A stretch of 64,000 nucleotides of DNA. Origin: Chloropicon primus (lineage: Eukaryota). The position numbers were made by a program, and so were the translations under genes. The DNA is taken from NCBI GenBank assembly GCA_023205875.1, contig CP060766.1, forward strand, positions 124,001-188,000, read 5' to 3'. Under the pieces are notes generated by a model. The model did no database searches, had not been told where the DNA came from, and saw nothing but the letters and a program-made list of their open reading frames with translations. This document shows, one piece after another, positions 46,774 through 57,199 of this stretch. Position 1 is the stretch's first letter. Each line of letters starts with the position of its first letter.

Positions 46774-49700
46774 ATGATGGCGAAGGCGGGTAGGGTGAGG
46801 AGGCTGCCGACGGCGCGGGCGTCGGTGAGTGGTCGGAGGGTTGTTGCCCAGAGGAGGCGCGGTGACCTCGCGGCCCCCGTCCGAGTCGCTGGAAGCGTCG
46901 GACCGAGGCAAACGGGTGGGGCCAAGGACGGGAGCTTCAAGATCGCGTTGGACAACGAGGGGCACGAGGACTTCACCATCGTGACGGTGGACGTCGCGGA
47001 CAAGCCAGGCCTGCTGACGGTCCTGAGCTCGACCTTCCACGACATGAACCTGAACGTGGAGAAGGTGGAGTACGCTCAGGGCGAAGGCATCAAGTTCTGG
47101 GTCGCGGACGAGAACGAGGCCAAGATCGAGGACGCGGAGGACGGGGAGAACATCAAGCAGTACCTGTCGATCGTCCTGCACAAGCTCGTGCGGGGGTCGA
47201 ACAAGGCCAGGCCCTACGCCCAAGCCTTCTCCGAGGGGGCGGACAGCGGCGGCGTGCCCGTGGAGGGGGGGGACCACCTGAACCGCGAGTTGCTCTACAG
47301 CTTGCTGGACTCGTACCTGAAGAACGACGTGGTGTCCATCCAGGAGTCCATCGTGCACCACGTCGAGTTCACCCTGGCGAGGAGCAGGTACAAGTTCGAC
47401 AACAGGGAGGCTTACTTTGCCGCGGCCCACTCCCTGAGGGACAGGCTCATCGAGAGGTGGAACGACACCCAGGCCTGGCTCAAGTACAAGGATCCGAAGA
47501 GGGTGTACTACCTGTCGATGGAGTTTCTCATGGGCAGGACGTTCCTCAACGCCCTGCACAATCTCGGGGTCATCGCCCCCTACCAGGAAGCTCTCAGCGG
47601 CCTTGGCTACGAGATGGAGAACGTGCAGCAGGCGGAGAGGGACGCCGCCCTCGGGAATGGCGGGCTGGGGAGGCTGGCGTCGTGCTTCCTCGACTCGATG
47701 GCCACGCTGAACCTGCCGGCGTGGGGATACGGGATAAGGTACGAGTACGGGATGTTCAGGCAAGTCGTCTCCGAGGGGTTCCAGAAAGAGCAGCCGGACT
47801 ACTGGCTCACTTTCGGCTACCCCTGGGAGATTGAGAGGCCGCACGTCACTTACCCCGTCAAGTTCTATGGGCACGTTTCCGTGCACGAGGAGGGCAGTGA
47901 TGGGAGGCAGAACTTTGTGTGGAACGCGGGGGAGGAGGTGACGGCCGTGGCCTACGACAATCCGATCCCGGGGTTCAAGACACCGACCTGCGCGAACCTC
48001 AGGCTCTGGGCCGCCAAGCCGTGCCAGGAGTTCGACCTCGAGGCCTTCAACACGGGCGACTACGTGAGCTCGATCATCGACAAGCAGAAGGCCGAGACCA
48101 TCACCAGCGTCTTGTACCCGGACGACAAGACCTTTGAGGGCAAGGAGCTGAGGCTGAAGCAGCAGCACTTCATGGTGTCGGCAACGCTCCAAGACATTGT
48201 CAGGCGTTACAAGGAGCAGCACAAGGATTTCGACGCCTTTCCAGAGAAGGTGGCCATGCAGCTGAACGACACGCACCCAACGCTTGGCATCCCCGAGCTG
48301 ATGAGGATCCTCATGGACGAGAATCGTTTGGGGTGGACGCAGTCTTGGGATATCACCACGAAGGTTTTCAGCTTCACCAACCACACGGTCCTTCCGGAAG
48401 CCCTGGAGCAGTGGCCCGTGAGCTTGGTCGAGAAGCTGCTGCCGAGGCACATGCAGATCATCTATGACATCAACTGGAGGTTTTTGCAGGAGCTGCAGCA
48501 GAACCACGGGATCTCAGGGGACAAGCTCGGGAACATGAGCATCATCGTGGACACCGAGTACGGGAAGATGGTCAGAATGGCGTACCTTGCCCTCGTCGCT
48601 TCGCACACCGTGAACGGGGTGGCTGCCATGCACTCCAAGCTCATCAAGGAGACCATCTTCAAAGATTTCAACGCCATTTGGCCCGAGAAGTTTCAGAACA
48701 AGACCAACGGTGTGACCCAGAGAAGGTGGCTGGCGCAGTGCAACCCCCCTCTCGCCAAGTTGATCACGGATACCCTGGGCACGGAGGCTTGGGTCACGCA
48801 CCTGGATCTGCTGCAAGGGCTGAGGGAGCACGCGGAGGACGAGGAGTTCCAGCAAAAATGGGCGGGCGTGAAGAAGGAGGCCAAGGTCAAGCTGGCAAAC
48901 ATGATCAAGGATCTTTCTGGGGATGAGGTGAACATGGAGGCAATTTTCGATGTCCAGGTCAAGAGAATTCACGAGTACAAGAGGCAGTTCATGAACATCC
49001 TGAGCGTCGTGCTGAGGTACGACAGGATCAAGAGCATGTCTCCAGAGGAGAGGAAGGACGTCGTGCCCCGCGTCGTCATCATTGGAGGCAAGGCCGCTCC
49101 GGGTTACGACCTCGCGAAGAGGATCATCAAGCTGATCTCCGCAGTCTCGGAGACTGTGAACAAAGACAGCGAGGTCGGGGACCTGCTCAAGGTGTATTTT
49201 GTTCCCGACTACAACGTGTCCTTGGCCGAAGTCATCATTCCTGGAAGTGATCTGAACCAGCAGATCAGCACGGCCGGGACTGAGGCCTCCGGGACCTCGA
49301 ACATGAAATTCGCCATGAACGGCTCGTTGATCATCGGGACGATGGATGGAGCGAACGTCGAGATCGCGGAAGAGATTGGCGAGGAAAACATGTTCATTTT
49401 CGGGGTCGATGCAAAGGAAGTCCCCGAGCTTAGAGAGCAGAGGGAGTATCTTCAGGTGGACCCCCAATTCCAGCACGCCGTCAACATGATCAAGAATGGC
49501 CACTTTGGCTGGAATGACTACTTCAATCCCCTCATTGATTCTGTGACGGGAGGCAGGGACTGGTACCTGCTTGCGAATGACTTCAACTCTTACCTGCAGG
49601 CGCAAGAGAGGGTTGACAGCGAGTGGAGGGACAAGAAAGTCTGGTTGAAGAAGAGCATCCTGAGCACGGCGGGCTCTGGGAAGTTCAGCAGCGATAGGAC

Positions 49701-49776
49701 TATCCACGAGTATGCCGAAGATATCTGGAAGGTCGAGCCTCAGCCCCCGTCGCCACCAGAAGGAAGGAGAGAGTAA
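46774..49776 (+). CDS. Plastid alpha-1,4-glucan (starch) phosphorylase with N-terminal ACT domain
   Basis: Transit peptide; ACT (VTVDVADKPGLL); YLSMEFL.GR, GNGGLGRLA, QLNDTHP, KRIHEYKRQ, EASGTSNMK (PLP lysine), FSSDRTI.EYA. Confidence 0.95.
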   Translation: MMAKAGRVRRLPTARASVSGRRVVAQRRRGDLAAPVRVAGSVGPRQTGGAKDGSFKIALDNEGHEDFTIVTVDVADKPGLLTVLSSTFHDMNLNVEKVEYAQGEGIKFWVADENEAKIEDAEDGENIKQYLSIVLHKLVRGSNKARPYAQAFSEGADSGGVPVEGGDHLNRELLYSLLDSYLKNDVVSIQESIVHHVEFTLARSRYKFDNREAYFAAAHSLRDRLIERWNDTQAWLKYKDPKRVYYLSMEFLMGRTFLNALHNLGVIAPYQEALSGLGYEMENVQQAERDAALGNGGLGRLASCFLDSMATLNLPAWGYGIRYEYGMFRQVVSEGFQKEQPDYWLTFGYPWEIERPHVTYPVKFYGHVSVHEEGSDGRQNFVWNAGEEVTAVAYDNPIPGFKTPTCANLRLWAAKPCQEFDLEAFNTGDYVSSIIDKQKAETITSVLYPDDKTFEGKELRLKQQHFMVSATLQDIVRRYKEQHKDFDAFPEKVAMQLNDTHPTLGIPELMRILMDENRLGWTQSWDITTKVFSFTNHTVLPEALEQWPVSLVEKLLPRHMQIIYDINWRFLQELQQNHGISGDKLGNMSIIVDTEYGKMVRMAYLALVASHTVNGVAAMHSKLIKETIFKDFNAIWPEKFQNKTNGVTQRRWLAQCNPPLAKLITDTLGTEAWVTHLDLLQGLREHAEDEEFQQKWAGVKKEAKVKLANMIKDLSGDEVNMEAIFDVQVKRIHEYKRQFMNILSVVLRYDRIKSMSPEERKDVVPRVVIIGGKAAPGYDLAKRIIKLISAVSETVNKDSEVGDLLKVYFVPDYNVSLAEVIIPGSDLNQQISTAGTEASGTSNMKFAMNGSLIIGTMDGANVEIAEEIGEENMFIFGVDAKEVPELREQREYLQVDPQFQHAVNMIKNGHFGWNDYFNPLIDSVTGGRDWYLLANDFNSYLQAQERVDSEWRDKKVWLKKSILSTAGSGKFSSDRTIHEYAEDIWKVEPQPPSPPEGRRE

Positions 49777-49826
49777 GAGAGGTTTGTGTACTAATTTTTG
49801 TATCACGAGGTGGACACCAACCCTTC

Positions 49827-51924
49827 TTAAAATTCACCATCTGCGCCGAACCCCAGCCTCCCCCTCGCCTTCCTCTTGGCCTTCTTCTTGGTCGCCACAT
49901 TGGCGTCCTCCTCCTCGCTGCTCCGGGGCCTGACCAGTCCATTTATCTCCAAGAACCTGAGCAGACTCGGGTTGTCGAGCGTCAGAGCCCCGCAGTACTC
50001 CTTCACGATCTCCCTCTCCCACCAGACACCTGGACTCTGAGTGCCGTTCGCGAACTTGTACTGGTACATCACAGCCCGCACCGCCTTTGGAGCCTGGCCC
50101 TCGAAAGGCAAGTCGTCCAAGAGGTCCGCAACCTTGCTCGGGTCGGCAAGGAGCTTGTGCATGAGAGAAACGAGCCACGGGTACCTGTTGACCTCTCCGA
50201 AAGCGGCGAACCACATCAGCCAATCTAACCTGTAGTGGAAGGGGGAGACGACGCAAGGCCTTCTCCTCACGTTTCCAGGCTTGCACTTGAATTCGTACTC
50301 CTCCCAGACCGCGTTCTTGTCGCTGTAGGCGTCCCACATCGTTCCCTCGATCACGACTTCTTTCCTGCTCTTGGAAATGGATCCAAAGGCGCCGTACGTA
50401 TTGACGAGCTTGAAGGAATCGAAGCTCGTGTTCATGACCTGCTTGGACGAGCCCAGGTTCATCACGACGTTTCTGCTGAGACCCACCAGAAGGAAGAGGA
50501 GCACCATGCTCAGCATGACAGGCGGCTCAAAGTAATCTGCGAGCTTACTCTTTTCCTTGACCCCAGTCTCGTACTCGTACCGCCTGTACAGCCTTCCCTC
50601 GATCTCCTTCCTCGCTTTCTTGAATGGCCAAGGCCGGTACAGGGGGAGCAGGAAATAGTCGTCGAAGCACATCATGGTAGGCGCGATGGTCAGCCAATTC
50701 AGGAAGCTGAGGTTGCCGCTCAGGATGAGCGCAACTTGGAATCCCACTTGCACCAGGCCACCAAAGATTCGCATCCGTCGAGGGCAAAACAGGAGAAGGG
50801 GTGCCACCAGTTCAACTGCGAGCAAGAGAGTCAAAGGCCAAAGGCGAGTCAGAACATACGTCATGAGACCAGGCGCAATGAATCAAAGGGCGAAGGGATC
50901 GCGGAACTCACCTGTGTGGTTTGCCGCCGTCTCGAAAGCATGCCAGCCGCTGGGGAGGTGGTGCAGAAAATACGAAATCGGATTCGGCAAGGGCTGCGTC
51001 TCGTAGTGGAAGTTCATGCAAGTGAGGTCCCTCCAGCAAGAGTCGCCCCTGATTTTGATCAGCCCGGCCCCGATCATGACCCGAAAGAGCAGCCACCTCA
51101 TCGACCACACCACAAGGGGCGGCGTCGAGAACTCTGGAAACTTGTTCAGCCTCAGCATCGGTGATATCGTAATCGACCAGAACCCAACCTCGAGCAGCTG
51201 CGTCTCCCAACCGAATCCATAAAAGGTGCCTCCGACGTTCACGATGGACATGTACAGGACCTACGAGATGGCGCACGACATCCATGGATAGGGAGCCAAT
51301 CAGTCACTCACTCACTCACTCACTCACGCATGCACGGGCATCTCTCTCTCTCTGTCTCTCTGGAAGGGGGCGCAGACTTACCCAGAGCGCGGCAAGGGTC
51401 ACCGCGTTGCACTTGCCGAGCGACATAGGGACGAGGGACAGCAATACGCCCGCCCTCGATAAGTTGAGGAGGTTCTCGTCCGATCTTTTCACGAACCAAA
51501 GCAAGCTCGGGGAGTGCCAGAAGGCCTTGAGCAGGTCGTTTTGAGAGCTCCCCAGCAAGCTCTCCATTCGAATGGCGTACGGCGTGATGCCATCCTCTCC
51601 CAGAAGGGCTCTGTTTTGGCTCAGAGCGACAGAGAAGGCCACAAAGTACAACAAGCCCACGAATCTCAGGAAGAAGATTCGTGCAAGGTAGTACCTTTCC
51701 TTTGGGCTCACCGTCAGCTCCGAGTTTTTGGCCCAGTCCTCCCCCACCCTCGTTTCGTACCCATTCCCTTGCTCGCTGCTTCCGTCCCCCTGCTGTTCGT
51801 CCCGTCCTCTCACGTATCGTCGCTTCTTCCTTCCCATCAAAGGGGTGCACACGGGGGTCCTTCCCTCCCTCGCAGCAAGCCTGGCCGACCGTCTGACCTC
51901 CTTCGGTCGCTCCCCCTCGCTCAT
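49827..51924 (-). CDS. LMF1: Lipase maturation factor family protein
   Basis: Exons 51924-51382, 51260-50912 and 50815-49827. FGWETQLLE.GF, RWLLFR.M.GAGLIK.RGD.CWRDLTCM.FHYETQP.PNP, SGNLSFLNWLT, NTYGAFGS, SPFHYRLDWLMWFAAF. Confidence 0.92.
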
Positions 51925-54729
51925 CACTCCACCTCTTCCCACTCCCAAAATGTATGGATTTATTTCTCGCCTCGCGCTCAAAGCCTTCCACCAATGCTGG
52001 TCAACGCCGATGGAAGCATCAAGGGACACACTTTGGACTGCGTTGCCTTCCCCTCCAATCCTTCACTCTCCGCCCCTCGCAATCGTCCGAGTCCTCCTCC
52101 TCCTGAGGTACCACCAGACTACCCTGGGGATCCATGCACCTTTGATTGAAGAGAGAGAGAGAGAGAGAGAGAGGCCAACTGAGACAATTACGACCAGAGA
52201 AGATCTCCTTTTTCGACGACGACGACAAACACGCACCAACAAACTCAAGTGAAGAAAAAACTTTCCATTGCATTGCATGATAGAAGAAAAAGTTGCAATG
52301 ACGCACACCAGGTTGTTGCTGGCCGACCGCGCTCAGAAGGCAGCTGGTTTTGGATCGCTGACCTCCATCAACCACAAAGCCATGACGCCGTGCCTGTTAA
52401 TGGTGTTGTTGTACCTCGCCACCGTCCTCACCACGGTCTCTTTTGTCATCCTCACTGGCGGATCAAACGTGCAGCTTGTCATCCCCACCAAGTAACCTTT
52501 CTCATTTCCTGCCTCCTCTCCAGTGCCGTACTTTGGGACACTATGGCAGATGAGCTCACCCGTCTCGTCGTTGTAGAGGTCAAGGCTCAGGCCACCCACG
52601 TGCAAGTGGCCCACGGCGTAAACCAAATCAACTGGAGTTTCGGGGTCCACGTCGCCCTTTGTTGGGGAAAAGAACCAAAGAAAGGAACGAGTCAGCCGCT
52701 TGTCCGGCTCCAACATTATTGTGGGGGAACCCGCCAACCCTTGGGAACGGTGATGGCGATGGCTTACCTTTCGTGTCTCGTTGCTGTGGTAATTTGGCAT
52801 CAGATCAAAGAATTGAGAGCTGGTCATCTCGTGAACGCAATCCTCAGCAGCCACCCCAGCAGTGCTGGAAAGAAGAAGGCAAGGCGTCAATTTTCAATCC
52901 AGCTGAGAGCAGCGGAAGAGAGAGAAAGGATTCACTTACCACGCCGGAACGTCGTATTCGATGTTGCCCCCCACTGTGAGGTTGGCCGTTACATCGCAGC
53001 AGGCAGGTGGTCTGACCTCGAGGGTGCTAGGGGCCACACTCTCGTACTCGAAGTTGAACTTGAAGTAAAAAGTCGTCTCAGGGAGGGACTCTGGGGGGTA
53101 AACATCCGTGTCGATCACAAAGACGCCGTGCTCGCAGCACCTGAAGCCGCCTTCGTAGATGTCCATGAAGCAGCTCGGGTTCTCCTCCTGGTCGAACTTC
53201 AAGTTGCAGGAGAAGGGAGGCACGGGGGGCCTGCCGTCGATCTCTCCGCTCGCCAGGTCAAAGCTCCTTTGGGGCGTGCAGGGGCACTCCAGCAAGGGAG
53301 AGTACCCGTCTTGGTTGCGCTCGCTTCCCTTGGTGTTGATCAAGTGGATCAGCGGGATGAGGGCTTGCGGCGTGTCCACGACGTGGGCGTAGGGAGAAGG
53401 CAGGAGGTGGGAGGTCCCCCTCTCCTCGGCGCCGCTTCCGCCTCCGAAGTTCGCGGCCCTCCTGCCCCTGCGGTTTGGCACGGGCAGGCCGAGGCCCGCC
53501 ATGTCACTCATGAAGCGCTTCATCACGGGAGCCGAACCAAAGGAGTGCACGTCGCTGAGAGACAGAGGGAGAATTGAGACGCGTTCAGTGTTTTGTTCGG
53601 GAGCGACATGAGAGCAGAAGAGCAAAAACGAACACAGTAGAAGAAGGAGAGCACTGTGTACCTTGTCGTGTTCAGCTCGTAGCCTCCGTACGGGTCGTTC
53701 TTGTGGGCTTCGTAGTACTTCTTCATCATCTCGTACGGGCCGATCCCCATGGCGTAGTGATGATTGTATCCAGCGTAAAGAGGAACCTGGCGCTCCTCGC
53801 CCGTGGCCTCGTCCATCGTCACAATATCCACGTCGTAGTTGACGATCGCTATGGGATCAGAAGCAAACTCGTCGACGATCTCTTTGGGCAGTTTGATCGG
53901 GTCCTGGATCGTGTTGTGCACCTCGCCGTACTTGAGCTTCACGGGCCTACTCAAGACGCTGAAGGTCTTCGCTCCATCGCGGCGGGGCTCTGCTGCAAAA
54001 GCAAACGGAGACGCAAAAAAAAGGCACGCCACCGCGAGGTAGAGCGGCCTCATCGCAGGAGCCATGGTCCGCTCTCTCGCTCGTTTGAATTCGTTCGCAA
54101 GAACTTTGCCACCAAGCGTTACGAGTAACGGGCGCCAAAAAAGCAAAAGGGGTTTTGATTTTTTTTTTTTTGATGCAAACCGCAGCAGCAGCTTTGGGGA
54201 AAAGAATCCAAACGATTGCGGAGATGGAGACGAGACCGAGACGAGGAGCAAAGCAAAGCAAGGTGTGGCATGGCACCCCTCTGCTGCAGGAATGGTGCTC
54301 ACCTCCTCCTTTGCAAAGGAAGGCCTACCAATGACAGGGTGTCCTCGAATCCGAGAAGCGCCGTTCCAAAGAACGTTCCCAAAAGGTTCCTGCCTCAACG
54401 AGGGAGAGCACCTGTTTCCACACCAAACGAACTGGCTCTGGTGCGATCTTGGGTCTTTATATTACAGAGAAGGTGCCCGGCCTCCTTCGGTCGCTCCCCC
54501 TCGCTCGTCACTCCCCCTCCACCTCTTCCCACTCCCAAAATGAATGGATTTATTTCTCGCCTCGCGCTCAAAGCCTTCCACCAATGCTGGTCAACGCCGA
54601 TGGAAGCATCAAGGGACGCACTTTGAACTGCGTTGCCTTCCCCTCCAATGCTTCGCTCTCCGCCCCTCGCAATCGTCCGAGTCCCTCCTCTCAAGCTCCT
54701 CCTGAGGTACCAGACTACCCTGGGGATCC
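51897..54729. repeat. ~240-bp direct repeats at 51897-52133 and 54481-54729 flanking the SURNod19-like gene
   Basis: Near-identical CCTCCTTCGGTCGCTCCCCCTCGCTC...CCCACTCCCAAAATG.ATGGATTTATTTCTCGCCTCGCGCTCAAAGCC...GACTACCCTGGGGATCC with a few substitutions and indels. Confidence 0.92.
52333..54065 (-). CDS. Secreted SURNod19 (stress up-regulated Nod19)-family protein, copper-monooxygenase-like
   Basis: Exons 54065-53662, 53554-52940, 52864-52768 and 52656-52333 (last intron is in-frame, so less certain). VPLY..YNHHY, G.GAE.R.T, ECPC, Y.GG.RCC, EYDV..C, GHLH.GG, IC.S.P.YG.G.EAGNE.GY.VGM..C, GVM. Confidence 0.8.
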
Positions 54730-55148
54730 GATGATTTTGAAACGAAACTCCTGACAGACAGAGAGAGAGCAGCAGCAGAGGCACCAACTGAAACTGACGA
54801 GGAGGAGGACGACGGCGACGAGGTAAGGGGAGGAGGGCGGAGGGAGGTGGTCGCGTGTCACTTGGATCGGGATCGTGCGGTTTCTCTCTCCTTCCTGCGC
54901 GCGTCTTGACTTCGTGTTGTTTTGATTCTGACGATTGGAACAACAACTTGGTTTTGGATTCGACAGAGTGACGACACGCACGGAGAGGAAGCTGAAGACG
55001 AGGTAGGAGGCCGAGGACGGAGGGAGGTGGTTGTTCGTCCATGGTTCTCTCGCTCCTCTTGCGGACGGCTCGGTTTGGTGTTTGATTCTGACGGATCAAA
55101 CTTTTTTTTCTTTTTTCTTGATTGGACACACAAAGGTAGAGAGGAAAG

Positions 55149-55765
55149 ATGGCGATGGACTTGAAGAGACAGGTGAAGGTGAAGACTGGGGTGGTGAAGA
55201 GGCTCCGGAAGGAGCTCGCGATGTACGAGCAGGAGAAGATTCAGAATGACAAGAGGGTCGAGGACATGAAAGCCAGCGGGGCCGATACGTACGACGTCAG
55301 GCAGGCTGTAAGTGGAAGTGGAAGTGGAAGCGGAAGCGAAACCTTTCCTTCGTCGCTCGAGCCTGCCCATCATTGTTGCGGAGGCGAGGCTTGGGCGGAA
55401 CGAAAGGGGGAAAGTCTGTTCAATCGATCGATGGAGTGCGCCTTTCTGATTTTGTCCCCTCTCTCACCTCTCTTTCCTTCTTTCTGTGTGCAGGAGAGGG
55501 TTGCCGACGAGTCGGCGATGATGATACCCGACTGCAAGGTGAGGTTCGAGGCCGCCATCGTGGACCTCCAGAACTTGACGGTAAGTGGTGAACAGGAGCC
55601 TCAAAAATTTTGGTTCCACTCCCTCTCCGCCCGCGTCCAAAGCCTTGTGCACGTGCAAGAGAACTGACGAACCGTCGTCGAACCGAACAGGATGCCGAGA
55701 AGGAGAACGAGGAGATCAACGGGACCGAGGAGTTCAAGCTCGCCCTCGAGGCCTTGGAAGGCTGA
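55149..55765 (+). CDS. TBCA: Tubulin-folding cofactor A
   Basis: Exons 55149-55307, 55494-55580 and 55691-55765. K.KTGVVKRL.KEL..YE.E, GAD.YD.RQ...V..ES.MMIPDC..R. Confidence 0.9.
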
Positions 55766-55922
55766 CGGAGAAGAAAAGAGTGTGTGTGTGTGTGTGGAAA
55801 GTCTTGGCCAGCGGGCGGGGGCAGACAAGGAGGCGGCTTATTTTACGATATTTTCCCCTTCGCAAATCTTGACCTGCAGGTCAAGGAGTGCGGTTAAAGT
55901 TCTCGACGCGTGTAACTTGAGA

Positions 55923-56396
55923 TCAATTCCAGCCTTCCTGCGCCCTCTGCAGGACGTACTGCGACACGTCGCGGACCTCCGCGTCCGTGAGTCTTGCCGC
56001 AAAGGTGCACTTTCCTGCTGGGGCGCACTTCTCTCCGAACCCCGGCATCTTGTTCTTCCCGTAGTACGTTATGGAGACGATGTCCTCTATCGCGGCGACT
56101 TGGTTCCTCTCCAAATCTTGGATCTGCAATCCCTTTCCAGCTGCAAGGACGTTGCCGCCGTTGGCGTGGCACCCCACACACTTGTTCTGGAACAAGGCCT
56201 CGCCCCCTTCCCCAGCCCACGCTTGAGCGTCGGAGGAACCCACGAGGAGGGTGGCGAGGAGGGCGAGGGGAAGCCTCGCCAGCGACGATTCGCTGCTCTG
56301 GCGACGAGAATGGCGAAGGCACCTCGCCCTCCGCGACGACGAGGGCGAGTGCCGAGGGACTCGTCTCGCGGTCGCGCCGCTCGTCTCGTGGACCAT
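55923..56396 (-). CDS. Cytochrome c6A (thylakoid lumen)
   Basis: Bipartite transit peptide ending AWA; CVGCH heme motif; axial Met in KNKMPGFG; two-Cys loop insertion CAPAGKC characteristic of c6A. Confidence 0.9.
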   Translation of the reverse strand: MVHETSGATARRVPRHSPSSSRRARCLRHSRRQSSESSLARLPLALLATLLVGSSDAQAWAGEGGEALFQNKCVGCHANGGNVLAAGKGLQIQDLERNQVAAIEDIVSITYYGKNKMPGFGEKCAPAGKCTFAARLTDAEVRDVSQYVLQRAQEGWN

Positions 56397-57199
56397 CACG
56401 GGAGCGAACAAGGCAGCTGCAGGTCACGCACTGCGTTCCTCGCGCATCCGAGGCGTCGGATGGGTCGATTCGCGTTCGAAATCGAAAGCTCTTTCGTGCT
56501 GACCCCTCTCCCCCAAAGCACCGGAGCTCGTTGTCCACTTGGTCGCCTGCCAGCAAGCGTCGCCTTCCCCTCTTCTTCTGCAACCCACTGATGAACCCAA
56601 TCAATCGTCGATTGCGACGCGAGTTCGGCGCCAAATGGATCGAGGAAGGTGTCTGTCGAAAGATCGTACGACGATCTTCGTCCTGAAAATCCACCCCGAC
56701 GCACTCACACACTCACCTTCCCCTCCTTGGCGTTCTTCTTCTCACTTCTTCCCTCCAGGAACCTTATCCAAAACGAGCCGTGACGGACGCACGGACAATT
56801 AAACCGTTGATGACAGATAGAATAGCGCGGAGGGAGGGGAACTGAACTGCTGCGAGGGCGAACACTTTGGTAGAGGTTTTTGACGACGATAAGGTCGTTT
56901 AGAGGGTTTGGTTTCATCACCAGAGGATACCTTGTCTCTCGAGCTTTCGAAAGAATCCTCGGTTGACTCGTTTGGTGTCCGGACGAGAGGAAGACGGGCT
57001 GGCGAGGGAGAGGCATCGGACGGCACACAGAGAGAGATTGTTCGTTCCGGACGGCACACACAGAGAGAGGGGGGGATACAGAGGGAGGGAAAGCGGAGAG
57101 GCTTGTCATCGGGTTGTTCTCGACGAGGAGCGTCTTGCGAGCTTTCGAAAGACACTTCCCTCGATCCGTTTGGGTACGAACTCGAGGATTGGGTTTGGG

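Noticed and set aside
51897..54729. LTR retrotransposon interpretation of the direct repeats
   Set aside because: No TG...CA termini, PBS/PPT or gag/pol; the interior is an intron-containing cellular gene.
55923..56396. Functional pairing of cytochrome c6A with the plastocyanin-like domain
   Set aside because: They are about 27 kb apart and predicted in different compartments; c6A is a standard green-lineage gene.
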